From Mobula hypostoma (lineage: Eukaryota), in contig NC_086097.1 of the NCBI RefSeq assembly GCF_963921235.1, positions 247,940,001 to 248,004,000 on the forward strand: a stretch of DNA of 64,000 nucleotides. Reading direction: 5' to 3'. The notes below the pieces were generated by a model. It made no database searches and had not been told where the DNA came from. It saw only the letters and a list, made by a program, of their open reading frames with translations. Shown in pieces: positions 13,400 to 26,958 of the stretch (position 1 is its first letter; every line of letters begins with the position of its first letter). The position numbers and the translations under genes are program-made.

Positions 13400-13618
13400 A
13401 ACACGGACAAAATGCTGGGGGAACTCAGCAGGTCAGGCAACGTCTATGGAAATGAGTAGGCAGTCGACGTTTCGGGCTGAGGCCCTTATTCACGACTGGG
13501 TCTTGGCCGGAAACATGGACTGGTTTTATTCATTTCCATAGACGCTGCCTGACCTGCTGAGTTCCTCTTGACTCTGTTACTTTTGGATTTCCAGCATCTG
13601 CAGAATCTCGTGTGTTTA
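13400..13618. mobile_element. Fold-back Penelope-derived insertion, older subfamily
   Basis: Left arm gaactcagcaggtcaggcaacgtctatggaaatga is the reverse complement of right arm tcatttccatagacgctgcctgacctgctgagttc. The hammerhead cores are degenerate. Confidence 0.7.
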
Positions 13619-15539
13619 TAATATGGGAGGAGTATGAGATTTAAAAAATTGCAGTTAAGTTTATTGCTATTGAGGTGTTCCTTTAGTTCTGAAGGGTTGT
13701 ACAATGATATGATTTAAAGACATTAAAAAATTTGCAATTATTTTAGAATATAATTTTCTGTGAAATTATATTATTGTATTATAAGAGTCATAGAAAAGTG
13801 CAGCACGGAAACAGGCCGTTCGGCCCATCTCGTCCATTCTGAAACCATTTAAACTGGCGACTCCCATCAACCTGCACAGGAACCATAGCCGTCCATACCC
13901 CTGCCATCCATGTACCTAAACAAGCTTAGCTTAAAAGTTGAGCTCGCATCCAGTACTACTTGTTCTGGCAGCTCAGTCCACTCTGTCACAACCCTCTGCG
14001 TGAAGGAGTTTCTCCTCATGTTCCCCCTATGCTTTTCACCTTTCATTCTCTACCTTTCATCCTCTAGGTGTAGACCAAACAGATAGATAGATATACATTT
14101 TTTTTTCTGTGAAATTAGATATGTAATGTTCTTCCATTTCATGCTTCTGAGCTTGTGATGTAGGGTGGAGATTGTGACAGAAATACAAAATCAAAATTAG
14201 ATTGAGATAAGTTAAGTGCTTATTCTGGAATCTCTCCTGCAGCTCATCAGCAGAAATAGCTGACGATTAGGAACATTGATATCAGAACGTAGAGTAGGGT
14301 ACAGTACAGGTTTTTTGGCCTACAAAGCTTTGTCATCCACTATGTTATATTAACCTTTTAAACTATCTTTAATATTGATATAACCGTTGTCCCAAGTGCA
14401 TCTTCCCCTACTACCACGGCTGGCAGTGTGCTCCATCAACCACCTACCTTCTGTGTAAAAACTGTTTGCGTTGAGGTAGTCATAGAATACTACAGCCTAG
14501 AAACAGGCCCTTCAGCCCTTTCTGAAATATTAATCTGCCTCATCCCATTGGCCTGCACCTGGACCACAGCTCTCCAATTGAATGTTGAAGTCAAACATCT
14601 CATTTCTCACCTTTCATCCTCAAGCCATAACCTCTAGTTCTAGTCTCACCCACCCTCAGTGGAAAATGCCTGCTTGCATTTACCCTGACTATAGCCCTCA
14701 TAATTTTGTATGCCTCTATCAAACCTTTCAGTATAAAGAATTCTACAGAATGAAGTCCTACCCTATTCAACCTTTCAGTATAACTCAGGTCTTTAGTCCT
14801 GGCAACATCCTTGTAAATTTTCTCTGCAGTCTTTCGATCTGATATCTTTTCTGTAGGTAGGTGACCAAACCTGCACACAATATTCCAGATTAGGCCTCAC
14901 CAATGTCCTATACAACTGCAACATAACATCCCAACCCCTGTGCTCAATACGCTGATCTATGAAGACTAATGCGCCAAAAGCTCTCTTTACAGTCCTCCCC
15001 CTTCCTTTCGTCCTGAAGAAGGGGCTCAGCCCGAAATGTTGACTGTTTATTCATTTCATTGTTCATTTTGTGTTGTGGCTTTACAACTCTTATCTTTGTG
15101 TGGTGCCCAACCTCCATGAAATGAAAGGCTTATATCAAGGTGTCTCATCATCAGCTCTCTATTTCTGCTGATGAAGTTCAGAAGGGGTACATCTAGAAAA
15201 GAAAATTTAGCTCAATCCAAACAAAGGTAGTATTTGAATTTAAATTGTATTGAGTATTATGTGTCTCCCACAGTGGCTTTTTCCATTGAGGTTGGGTGAG
15301 CCTAGAGCTAGAGGTTATAAGTTAAAGGTGAAAGGTGAATTGCTTGAGGGGAACATGATAGGGTACCTCTTCACTCAGAGGGTGGTGAGAGTGAGGAATA
15401 TGACGCAGAAGTGGTGGATGTGGGTTTGATTTCAATGTACAATCCATGTATATAAGTCATCTAATGTATTTTGTTTATTATGTTTTTTTGTGCTGCTTCG
15501 CATCCAGAGTAATGATTATTTTGTTCTCCTTTACATTTA

Positions 15540-16135
15540 AGACCATAAGATATAGAAACAGAATTAGGCCATTTGGCCCATCGAGTCTGCTCCGCCATTT
15601 CATCATGGCTGATCCATTTCCCTCTCAGCCCCAATCTGCTACCTTCTCCCATATCCCTTCGTGCCCTGACTAATCAAGAATCTATCAACCTCCGCTTTAA
15701 ATATCCGTGAAGACTTGGCCTCCACAGCTGGCTATAGCAATGAATTCCACAGATTCACCACTCTCTGGCTAAAGAAATTCCTCCTCATCTCCGTTCTAAA
15801 AGGATGCCTGTCTATTCTGAGGCTGCGTCCTTTGGTCTTAGACTCACCTACCATAGGAAACATCCTCTCCACATCCGCTGTATCAAGGCATTTCACTGTT
15901 TGATAGGCTTCAATGAGATCTCACCTCATTCTTCTGAATTCCAGTGAGTAGAGGCCCAGAGCCATCAATCGCTCCTCATATGGCAAGTCTTAATCCCGGA
16001 ATCATTTTCGTGAACCTTCTTCGAACCCTCTCCAATGTCAGCATATCCTTTCTTAGATAAGGGTCCCAGAGTTGCTCACAGTACTCCAGATGAGGCCTCC
16101 CCAGGGCCTCATAAAGCCTCAGCATTATATCCTCA
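15540..16135 (-). mobile_element. CR1 3' fragment
   Basis: Reverse complement of the CR1 ORF2 end (FFSQRVVNLWN region) with the cttatggt tail. Confidence 0.8.
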
Positions 16136-16605
16136 CCATTCGTGTATTGGAAATGATATTAACCAACCTTAAATCTTGAACTTAAGATAAATTTGGATAA
16201 GTATATGGATGGGTGGTGTATGGAGGGCTATGTCCTGGGTACAGGTTGATGCAACTGGACAGAATAATAGGCATGGACTAGAAGGGCTGACAGGCCTATT
16301 TCTGTCCTCTGTGACAAACTCGGAGACATTTGTGATGTCTGTTTTTTTTCAAAGGTATTAGTTTTCTCCATAGCTGACAGGAGCTGTCTGTTGGCACCTG
16401 AATTTTTCCCTTGGTAAATATTTAGCATGATTTACACATCATTCCACAAGTATAACGCGATGGGTGTAAATGTTTCATTTCCATAGGAATTGTTTTGAAA
16501 CAGCAATAGTTGCTGTAAGCTTTTTCAATGAAAGAAACGAAGTTAATCAAGGTGGATGACAGATGCCTCTATCTTAAATTTCACCCTGCTGTTTTCCTTT
16601 TGCAG

Positions 16606-16683
16606 TTTTTGGCTCTGGGGACACATCACGGCAAAGTCTATTTACTGGACGTCCAGGGGAATGTGACGCAGTTCTTCGACATT
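16606..16683 (+). CDS. VPS41: VPS41 coding exon (FLALGTHHGKVYLLDVQGNVTQFFDI), 78 nt, phase 0/0
   Basis: Acceptor gttttccttttgcag and donor ATT|gtaagt. Continues the previous exon in frame and matches VPS41 FLALGTHYGKVYLLDVQGNITQKFDV. Confidence 0.96.
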
Positions 16684-16892
16684 GTAAGTCTGATGTGGTA
16701 ATATTGCAAACCCCGTAAGAGTGTCAGCTTTTTAAATTTATCCACTCCATCTGAATAGTTTTCTACTGCTGGCTCCAGAAGCACGGTGACACTTGTGGGC
16801 CGTCCCCAGCTCACCCTCAGACTGTGTGACAAATACGTATCATTCTAAATCATCTCTTGATTTTCTTCTTGTGCAAAGCAATTGAAGATTAA

Positions 16893-17520
16893 ATTAGATT
16901 AGATTATGAAGACACGTAGTTCCCTTTTATTGTCATTCAGTAATGCATGCATTAAGAAATGATACATTATTTCCTCTGGTGTGATATCACAAAAACACAG
17001 GACAAACCAAGACTAAAAAAACTGACAAAACCACATAATTATACATATAGTTAAAACAGTGCAACAATACCATAACTTGATGAAGAAGTCCGTGAGCACA
17101 GTAAAGTTCAAAGTTTCTCAAATGTCCCACATCTCACGCAGACGGGAGAAGGAAGAAAAACTCTCCCTGCCATGCCGACCACAGTCCGACTCTGAGTCAT
17201 CTGAAAACTTCGAGCTCTGATCCGCTCTCCGACACCGAGTACTGAGCGCCATCTCTGTCCGAACAATTCGACCTCTTTCTCAGTCACCAAAAGCAGGCGA
17301 GGCCGGCGATTTTGAGGCCTACCCTCCGAAAGATTCCCGACCACACAGTAACGACAGCAGCGAATGGGTGTTTCAGAAATTTCTCCAGATGTTCCTCTGT
17401 GCTTTCACGTCTATCTCCATCAAATCAGAAATTGTCCACGGCCCCTATTTAACAGATACAACATCATTTTTCACCGGAGAGCTGCGCACGCGCGGTGCGC
17501 TGCCATCTTCTCCTCCCGCC
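16893..17520 (-). mobile_element. ~625-bp non-autonomous retroelement (same family as 7462-8086)
   Basis: End-to-end homology with the 7462-8086 copy; (tctaa)n tail. Confidence 0.8.
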
Positions 17521-17935
17521 TATTAATATTAAAATCAGAATCAGGTTTAATATCACCAACATATGTCATGAAATTTGTTCACTTAGCAGCAGCAGCAGTA
17601 CAATACAATGCATGATAAATGTAGAAAAAAACTAAAAAAAAATGAGTTACTGCAAGTAGATATGTATATTAAATAGTTAAATGAAAATGGTGCAAAAACA
17701 GAAATAATAAAAAAGTGAAGTAGAGTTCGTGGGTTCATTGTCCATTTTTAAATCAGATGGCAGAGGGGAAGAAGCTGTTCCTGAATCACTGAGTGTGAGC
17801 CTTCGGCTCCTGTACCTCCTTCCCAATGGTAGCAGTGAGGAGAGGGCATGTTCTGGGTGATGGGGGTCCTTAATGATGGACGCCACCTTTCTCAGGCATC
17901 GCTCCTTGAAGATGTCCTGGATACTACCCAGCATT

Positions 17936-18270
17936 CAGTGCTGAACAGAAGTGTTAGGCACCCTCGGTTTTTTATGTGGTTTCAGATGGTATGGCCTCCA
18001 CGGAGCCCTGATCTCAACATCCTCGATGTGATTACCTGGAGAGACAGAAGCAAGCGAGGCAGCCAAAGTCTTATAAAACTGCCTGGCAGTGTACCGGAGA
18101 GAATTGATGCAGTTTTAAAGGCAAAGGCTGGTCGCGCCAGATTTTGATTTGATTTAGTTTTTTACTGTTTACTGCTCTTGTAGTAATTTTTTTGAAATTT
18201 AGAAACTTCATTTTATTATTTTTGAAATCAGTTAATTTTTTAACGTGCTTAAGGCTTTTGCATAGTACTA
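17936..18270 (+). mobile_element. Tc1-like transposon remnant, internally deleted
   Basis: WPPRSPDLN motif and C-terminal SVPERIDAVLKAKAG. Ends resemble the cagtactgtgcaaaagtcttaggcac TIR of the abundant short MITE. Confidence 0.7.
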
Positions 18271-18282
18271 TATAATCAGACT

Positions 18283-18508
18283 TGTGTATTTGATGTTTCA
18301 GTAGTATTTGAGCAATCTTGTGTATTAAGCATTCTTGTTCATTTAAATAATTAATTACAGTTTATGTAAAAATTCGTTAGTTGCATACGTCATCACAGTA
18401 CCACGTGATGCGTGTGCGCCTCACGTTAATTAAACCCGTAGTTAGACTCGCATTTTGGACTCCCATGTCTTCCTTTGAGTAAGTTTAATGCTTTGAAGTT
18501 ACAAAACA
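18283..18508 (+). mobile_element. Probable short solo LTR (226 bp)
   Basis: TGT...ACA ends flanked by a 5-bp direct repeat AGACT (18278-18282 and 18509-18513); internal attaaa. Confidence 0.55.
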
Positions 18509-19090
18509 AGACTGTGACACAAGTAACATATTTCCCTGTGCAAGTGGCAAAAAAAGTTAACCTTTAAGATTTTTTTAATAACTGCCTATTGTTGCAGTAC
18601 TAATACTTTTTACAATAATAAATGCTGTGAAAAAGTTCCAATTAATTAATGACAATGTTTTAAGTTATTTTTGCCCTTGGTACTTGGTTGGTCACTGCTT
18701 GTTATACTTTGGTTCTCTGTTGGTTTCTGTACCTTTTAACCACTGCTGTAACCCCCACCCCTACTTCCCGTATTCTGCATTTCTACCGCCTGCTTCTCAA
18801 ATTCATATCATTCTGTAGTCCCTTTTTGGAGGGGAATAAACAAGCACAAGCAATTTACTCAGAGGTCTTCTCCCACACTGCTCCAGATCTGGCCATACAA
18901 AGCTTCTTGAAAAAGTTTCAAATTGACTCTTCTCTTTTGTCTGCCCTTATGATATCTCAGCTAAGATTTGGAATGGGGAAAATGAAGTCTTGAATCAGTG
19001 CCTCATTCCACCAAGATTGTAACCATGCTTTGTCCAGGACAAAGAAGCGGGCAGGAAAAATCGTAGGAGATACTGCCTACCCATTAAATA

Positions 19091-19301
19091 AAAAACAGGA
19101 GATTCTGCAGATGCTGGAAATCCAGAGTAACACATACAAAATGCCGGAAGAATTCAGCTTGTCCGGCAGCATCTATGGAGGAGAATAAACAGTCATCATC
19201 TTGGGTCTGATGAAGGGTCTTGGCCAGAAACATTAACTGTTTATTTCCCCTCCATAGATGCTACCAGACCAGCTGAGATTCTTCAGCACTTTGTGTGTGT
19301 T
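19091..19301. mobile_element. Fold-back Penelope-derived insertion, older subfamily, within a Rex1 remnant
   Basis: Inverted arms (gcagcatctatggaggagaataaacagt / actgtttatttcccctccatagatgct) and ctgatga...gaaac at 19207-19231. Confidence 0.7.
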
Positions 19302-19778
19302 ACCCACCCTGCAAATTGCTTTTTTTCACAAATACGAGTGTGTGTCTTGCGTTTTTCCCAAGATCCCTTCTGGAAAGCGCTGTAGGGCTATTAAAACGTA
19401 CTTCTCGCTGCCTTAAAAGTGTCTTCTCCAAGGCAGTAACCTGATCAACTATTCTGTTTAGCCCCTCCACCCCCCCTCCCCCACTCTACTGCCCCCTGTC
19501 ACTGAACTATACTTTCAGCTACATTTTATAGTGCTTTACATTGTAAATGCATGCTGGTGTTTACGTGTTTATGTGTACTCTATTCCATATCTGTACTTTA
19601 ATCTCTAAATTATTTTTCTCATAATTCTTTATCATTATTGAATGCTGCTTTTTGTTGCATGTCACGCCAGCACATCACAGCAAATTCCTAACATATGTAA
19701 ATGTAATGGTGACTAAAGTTGATCCTTGACCCTTATCAGAGAGCTATTAAAGTAGAGAAATTACCTGTAAGCACAAAG

Positions 19779-20600
19779 CAGTTGGTTCCGGTTAATTGGG
19801 CCATTGGTTATGCAGGGCAGCCGCTTATTTGGAGCAACTCTTAAAGAACAAAAACTAAAAATAACTGGGATTGTCTTTATTTATTTGGAACACTGTGCTG
19901 CTTATTGGGGCGGGAGACTGGTGCTGAACAGGTTTTAACTAGCATCAGTCATGCACATTTGTGTGACTGTTAGACACTATACTGTACCTGGAGCGAACAG
20001 TTTGTAAATAGCTTCAGTTACGTGTGCTTATGTTCAAAAAACTGATTTTTGTCACTGATAGTTGGCAAGAAATATCTAGTAAGGCAATTCAGAACTGTTT
20101 TGCTCACTGTGGTTTCAAGCATTCATGTTTTGAGATGCCAGAAACGGCCAGGAATGAAAACGAAACAATTTCACTATTTCAAGTTGAGAGCTACAAAGAA
20201 TTTAACGGTATCAACAATCATCTTGAATGTTGCAGTGAAAATGAAGGTTTGGAGAATGTGATATTTGAAAGGATTGTATGAACGCAGTTCGTTATCTGTT
20301 CTAGATGTCTGTGCTGATTTTGATCATTTACAGTCCATCAAAAGAACACGGCAGTGTACACTGAATGAATTTTTCCATCGATAACTATTCAGAACAGCTC
20401 AGTTTTATAGTACTGCAGTAGTATTGGTAGTGTGCTAATTTATTCTTTATTTCATTGAAATACATAATTTGTTAAATGGCAACTTGCCTTTTTTATACTT
20501 TTTAAACTATTTCCATGAAACTTCGGCTAACTGGAGCAGCCGCTTAATTGGGCCTAAATGTACTGGTCCAGATGTGTCCCAATTAACCAGAATCTGCTTT
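19779..20600 (+). mobile_element. Tigger/pogo-like non-autonomous DNA transposon
   Basis: Imperfect TIRs around ccggttaattggg / cccaattaaccag. ORF 20024 has DSWQEISSKAIQNCFAHCGF, like a pogo/TIGD DDE C-terminus. Partial copy at ~10838-11370. Confidence 0.65.
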
Positions 20601-20697
20601 ATGAATCCAGACCACCTATACCTTCTCCTCCATTGTACTCTTTTTAACTTGCTTCTTTGACCAAATGTTACATCACTGGTCATCATATCTGAACTTT

Positions 20698-22945
20698 TAG
20701 AACATAGGACAGAGAAAACCTACAGCACAATACAGGCCCTTCGGCCCATAATGCTGTGCCGAACGTGTATGTACTTTAGAAACTACCTAGAGTTACCATA
20801 GGTCTCTATTTTTCTAAGCTCTATGTACCTATCCAAGAGTATCTTAAAAGACCCTATCGTATCTTCCTCCACCACGGCCGCCGCCGGCAGCCCATACCAC
20901 GCACTCACCACTCCCTGCGTAAAAAAAAACTTACCCCTGACATCTCCTCTGTACCTACTTCCAAGCACCTTAAAACTGTGCCCTTTTGTGTTAGCTATTT
21001 CAGCCCTGGGGAAAAGCCTCCGACTTTCCACACGATCAATGCCTCTCATCATCTTATACACCTCTATCAGGTCACCTCTTATCCTCTGCTGCTCCAAGGA
21101 GAAAAGGCTGAGTTCACTCAACCTATTCTCATAATGCTCCCCAATCCAGGCAACATCCTTGTAAACCTACTCTGCACCCTTTCTATGGTTTCCACATTCT
21201 TCCTATAGTGAGGTGACCAGAACTGAGCACAGTACTCCAAGTGGGGTCCGAGTAGGGTCCTATATATCTGGAACATTACCTCTCGTCTCTGAAACTCAAT
21301 CCCATGGTTGATAAAGGCCAATATACCATATGCCTTCTTAACCACAGAGTCAACGTGTGCAGCAGCTTTGAGTGTCCTATGGACTCGGACCCCAAGATCC
21401 CTCTGATCCTCCACACTGCCAAGAGTCTTACCATTAATACTATCTTCTGCCATCATATTTGACCTACCAAAATGAACCACCTCACACCTATCTGGGTTGA
21501 ACTCCATCTGCCACTTCTCAGCCCAGTTTTGCATCCTATCAATGTCCCATTGTAACCTCTGACAGCCCTCCACACTATCCACAATGCCCCTAACATTTGT
21601 GTCATCAGCAAATCCACTAACCCATCCCTCCACTTCCTCATCCAGGTCATTTATAAACATCACGAAGAGTAGGGGTCCCAGGACAAATCCCTGAGGCACT
21701 TTACCTACCTCCATGCAGAATATGACCCCGTCTACGACCTCTCTTTGCATTCTGTGGGCAAGCCAGTTCTGGATCCACAAAGCAATATTCTCTTGGATCC
21801 CATGCCTCCTTACTTTCTCAATAAGCCTTGCATGGGGTATCTTATCAAATGCCTTGCTGAAATCCATATACACTGCATGTACTGCTCTACCTTCATCAAT
21901 GTGTTTCGTCTCATCCTCAAAAAATTCAATCAGGTTCGTAAGGCACGACCTGCCTTTGACAAAGCCATGCTGACTATTCCTAATCTTATTATGCCTTTCC
22001 AAATGTTCATAAATCCTGCCTGTCAGGATCTTCTCCATCAGCTTACCAACCACTGAAGTAAGACTCACTGGTCTATAATTTCCTGGGTTATCCCTACTCC
22101 CTTTCTTGAATAAGGGAACAACATCCACAACCCTCCAATCCTTTGGAACCTCTCCCATCCCCATTGATGATGCAGAGATCATCGCCAGAGGCACAGCAAT
22201 CTCCTTCCTTGCCTCCCACAGTAGCCTGGGGTACATCTCATCCGGTCCCGGTGACTTATCCAACTTGATGCTTTCCAAAAGCTCCAGCACATCCTCTTTC
22301 TTAATGTCTATATGCTCAAGCTTTTCAGTCTGCTGTAAGTCATCCCTTCAATCGCTAAGGTCCTTTTCTGTAGTGAAAACTGAAATGAAGTATTCATTAA
22401 ATACCTCTGCTTCCTCCTCCAGTTCCATACACACTTTTCCACTGTCACACTTGATAGGTCCTATTCTCTCACGTCTTATCCTCTTGCTGTTCACATACTT
22501 GTAAAATGCTTTGGGGGTTTTCCTTAATCCTGCTCACCAAGGCCTTCTCATGGCCCCTTCTGGCTCTTCTAAATTTCATTCTTAAACTCCTTCCTGCTCG
22601 CCTTATAATTTTTCTAGATCTCTATCATTGCCTAGTTTTTTGAACCTTTCGTAAGCTTTTCTTTTCTTCTTGACTAGATTTTCAACAGCCTTTGTACACC
22701 ACGGTTCCTGTACCCTATCACCCTTTCCCTGTCTCATTGGAACGTACCTAGGCAGAACTCCACACAAATATCCCCTGAACATTTGCCACATTTCTGCCCT
22801 ACATTTTTCTGAGAACATCTGTTCCCAATTTATGCTTCCAAGTTCTTGCCTGATAGCTTCACATTTCCTCTTACTCCAATTAAACATTTCCCTAACTTGT
22901 CTGCTCCTATCCCTCTCCAATGCTACGGGAAAGGAGACAGAATTG
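20698..22945 (-). mobile_element. CR1 LINE, 5'-truncated ORF2 (second subfamily)
   Basis: ORF 21118..22290 (390 aa) has KSPGPD, NYRPVSLTS, YMDFSKAFD, VPQGFVLGP and FADD; ctatgttcta tail. Confidence 0.93.
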
Positions 22946-23199
22946 ACTCCATACTTATTTGTTTCTATTCTATTGATGAATTGGAATCTCAAATTACGCT
23001 AAAGACACTGTGTAGTGTGTGTTGCTTGAATTTCCAGCATCTGCAGATTTCCTTGTGTTTGTGTAGATGCAAATTGTTATTCAATTTATCTTGTGAATCT
23101 AGCTGCACAAGGTGCTAACTTTATTTTGTATGGTAAATGGAAGCAAAATATTTAAGGTGTTTGTAATACACACTTGTCCTGGCCCAACATGTAAGTGCA

Positions 23200-23890
23200 G
23201 TTATGAAGGAAGCAGAGCAGCACCTCTACTTAGGAGTTTGTAAAGACTCAGCATGACTTCTGAAGCTTTGACAAACTTCTATAGATGTGCAGTGGGGAGT
23301 GTGTTGACTGGCTGCATTATGGCCTGGTATGGAAACACCAATGCCCTTGAATGGAAAATCCTTCAAAAAGTACAGGGTATGCCCAGTCCATCACAGGTAA
23401 AGTCCTTCCCACCCTTGAGCAACTCTACATGAAGCGCTGTTGTAGGAAAGCAGCATCCATCATCAGGGACCTCCACCACCCAGTACATGCTCTCTTCTCG
23501 CAGCCACCATCAGAAGGAAGGTACAGGAGCCTCAGGACCCATACCACCGGGTTCAGGAACAGTTACTACCCCTCAACCATCAGGCTCTTGAACCAAAGGG
23601 GATAACTTCACCCAACTTCACTAGCTCCATCATTGAAATGTTCCCACAACCAATGGACTCACTTTCAAGAATTTTTCATTTCATGTTCTCAATATTTATT
23701 GATTATTTATTATTATTTTTTTCTTTTTGTATTTGCAAAGTCTTATCTTTTGCACGCTGGTTGAATGCCCAAGTTGATGTGGTATTTCATTGATTCTGGC
23801 ATAGTTATTATGCTATAGGTTTGTGGAGCACGTCCACAAGACAACAATTCTCAGGGTTGTATATGTACTTCGATAATAAATTTGCTTTGA
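23200..23890 (+). mobile_element. Rex1/Babar-type LINE 3' fragment
   Basis: RCCRKAASIIRDLHHPVHALFSQPPSEGRYRSLRTHTTGFRNSYYPSTIRLLN. Confidence 0.8.
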
Positions 23891-24828
23891 ATATACAATT
23901 TAAAACAAAATGCTGGAAATTGTAAGTGAGAGAAAGAGCGTGTATCAAGTTGATATGAATTTTTAATTGGCAGCTTCTCCCCCTATGTATTCCTTTTCTT
24001 CCAAGTGGATTAATTATGAGTCCTGGCCTGAACGGAGATGATGCTGTAAATCTTTGTCCGTCATATTTAGAAGTGTAATTGGGACTTGCATTTGTCCTGT
24101 GAAAAGGAATGATCCTGATTGGACTCTGGAGACCACTTATTGTCATTTCACTCCTGGCTTTGGAGATTCTCAAGTTCCTCTCTGCCTCCTAATCATTACC
24201 TTCTCAAATAGAGGGGATAGAATTTCAACTGGTTGTTACGAATCTATTTACTGCTTGCTCCATTTTTGTTATTTAGTTCCTGCATGCTGTCCAGAATCAG
24301 AATTATATAACTGACCCATGTTGTGAAATTTTACTTATTTATTTATTGGGATAAAGCCCTTCCGGACTTCAAACCGTGCCACCCAGCAACCCATTGTTAT
24401 CAAAGTATGTATACCGTATACAATCTTGAGATTGATCTTCTATAGAGGCAGCCACAAAATAAAAACACTCAATAAAACCCATTTTAAAAAAAAGAAAACC
24501 GTCAAACATATAATGTGCAGGGAAAAAAGCAAATTGTACGACAATAAAAGCCAGCAACTAACATTCAGAACTGAAGTTCATGAAAGTGAGACCACAGCCA
24601 CAAAGCCAGTGATCACTGTGGCCAATTCGGGAGCCTGGTGGTTGCAGGGAACAGCCTCAGTTCAGTGCAGAGATGAGTTTAATCACAGGACAATTTACAA
24701 TGACCAATTAACCAACGAACTGGTACATCTTTGGACTAATTTGTTGTATTGTGGCAGCAGTACATTGCAATACATATTTTAAAAACACTAAATTATAGTA
24801 AGAAAAATAAGTAAAAAATTAAATTAAT

Positions 24829-25735
24829 TAATTGGTTGTTGACTTCAGAAGGAATAGCGGACACATGACTCCATTTACATCGGTGGTGCAGAGTACAGAG
24901 AGGAAATTAAGAATCTGGTGGCATGGTGCGAAGACAATAACCTATCCCTCAACGTCAGCAAGACGAAGGAATTGGTTGTTGACTTCAGAAGGAGTAGCGG
25001 ACCGCACGACCCAACTTACATCGGTGGTGCGCAAGTGGAACAGGCCAAAAGCTTTAAGTTCCTCGGGGTCAATATCACAAATGACCTGACTTGGTCCAAC
25101 CAAGCAGAATTCAGTGCCAAGAAGGCCCACCCGCACCTTTACTTCCTGAGAATACTAAAGAAATTTAGCCTGTCCAATAAAACTCTCACTAATTTTTATA
25201 GCTGCACCGTAGAAAGCATTCTTCTAGGGTGCATCACAAGCTGGTATGGAAGTTTTCTTGTCCAAGACAGGAAGAAGATCGTGAACACAGCCCAGCACAT
25301 CACATAAACCAATCTTCCGTCCTTGGACTCACTTTACACCGCACGCTGTGGGAGCAGTGCTGCCAGGATAATCAAGGACATGACCCACCCAGCCAAGACA
25401 CCTTTCCGTCCCTCTTCCCTTTGGGAGAAGGCTCAGGAGCTTGAAGACTCGTACGGCCAGATTTGGGAACAGCTTCTCTCCAACTGTGATAAGACTGCTG
25501 AACGGATCCTGACCCGGATCTGGGCCGTACCCTCCAAATATCCGGACCTGCCTCTCGATTTTTTTGCACTACCTTACTTCCCATTTTTCTATTTTCTATT
25601 TATGATTTATAATTTAAATTTTTAATATTTACTATCGATTTGTACTGGGAGCTCAAAGCGCAGAATCAAATATCGCTGTGATGATTGTACACTCTAGTAT
25701 CAATTGTTTGGCTACAATAAAGTAAAGTATAAAGT
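24829..25735 (+). mobile_element. Rex1/Babar-type LINE 3' part, young subfamily
   Basis: [32 protein letters not shown] and ESILLGCITSWYG; near-identical to 56360-57779 (-). Confidence 0.88.
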
Positions 25736-26305
25736 ATAATTAATTAGTAGAAAGAGAAAGCAAAAGAGAAAGATATAGAAAGGTAGTGTATTTGGATTCA
25801 TTGTCCATTCAGAAATCTGATGGTGGCAGAGGGGAATAGTGCCATTTGAAGGCACTCTTAATTCTGTAATTTATAATAATTTAATGTGTTTGCACTGTAC
25901 TGCCACAAAACAACAGGTTTCACATCATATTCTGAAATGCATTTATGAATCTGCTGAATGTGTTTATAGTGGAGTGCTTCTCTGAATTTCCGACTGTTCG
26001 CTGGCAGGCGAGTGGAACGCCCTGCCGGGGTGGTGGTAGAGGCAGATACATTAGGAACATTTAAGAAACTCTTAGGTAAGCAGGTGGATGTCCATATTGT
26101 GTTCATTGCTGGTTGGTTCTTGTCACCTCATTGTAGGAAGGATGTGGAAGCTTTAGGGAGGGTGCAGAGGGGATTAACCAGGATGCTGCCTGGATTAAAG
26201 TAAATATCTTATGAGGATAGGTTGAGCGAGCAAGGACTTTTCTGTCTGGAGTGAAGAAGTATGAGAGGAAACTTTTGTACGAGATGATAAGAGGCATAGA
26301 TTGAA

Positions 26306-26958
26306 TGACCATAAGACCATAAGATATAGGAGCAGAATTAGGCCATTTGGCCCATCGAGTCTGCTCTGCTATTTCATCATGGCTGATCCATTTCCCTCGG
26401 CCCCAGTCTCCTGCCTTCTCCCCGTAACCCTTCATGCCCATAAACCTCTGCCTTAAACATACCAAACGACAGCCTCCAAAGCTGCCTGTGGCAACAAATT
26501 CCATAAATTCACCATTCTCTGCCTAAGGAGATTCCTCCTCATCTCTGTTCTAAACGGATTTCTTTCTGCTCTGAGGCTGTGCCATCTGGCCCTAGACTCC
26601 ACCACCATAGAAGACATTCTCTCCACGCCCACTTTACTAAGGCCTTTCAACTTTTGATAGGTTTCAATGAGATGCCCCCCTCATTCTTCTGAATTCCAGT
26701 GAGTACAGGCCCAGAGCCATCAATCGGTCCTCATATGGTAACCCTTTCATTCCCAGAATCATTCTCGTAAACCTCTTCTGACTCCATAGTCAGAGCATCC
26801 TTTCTTTGATAAGAGACTCAGAACTGCTCACAATACTCAAAATGAGGCCTCACCAGTGCCTTATAAAGCCTCAGCATCACATCCTTGCTTTTATATTCTA
26901 GTCCTCTTGAAATGAATGCTAACATTACATCTGCCTTCCTCACCACCAACTCAGCCTG
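26306..26958 (-). mobile_element. CR1 3' fragment nested within another CR1 remnant on +
   Basis: (cttatggt)n tail at 26306-26322. The host element reads ...gataagaggcatagattga | gtgaatagccaaaaactttttcccaggg across the insertion. Confidence 0.7.

Noticed and set aside
21118..22290. 390-aa ORF as a functional host gene or active RT
   Set aside because: It is a 5'-truncated CR1 ORF2 lacking the endonuclease, with an internal deletion and flanking frameshifts.
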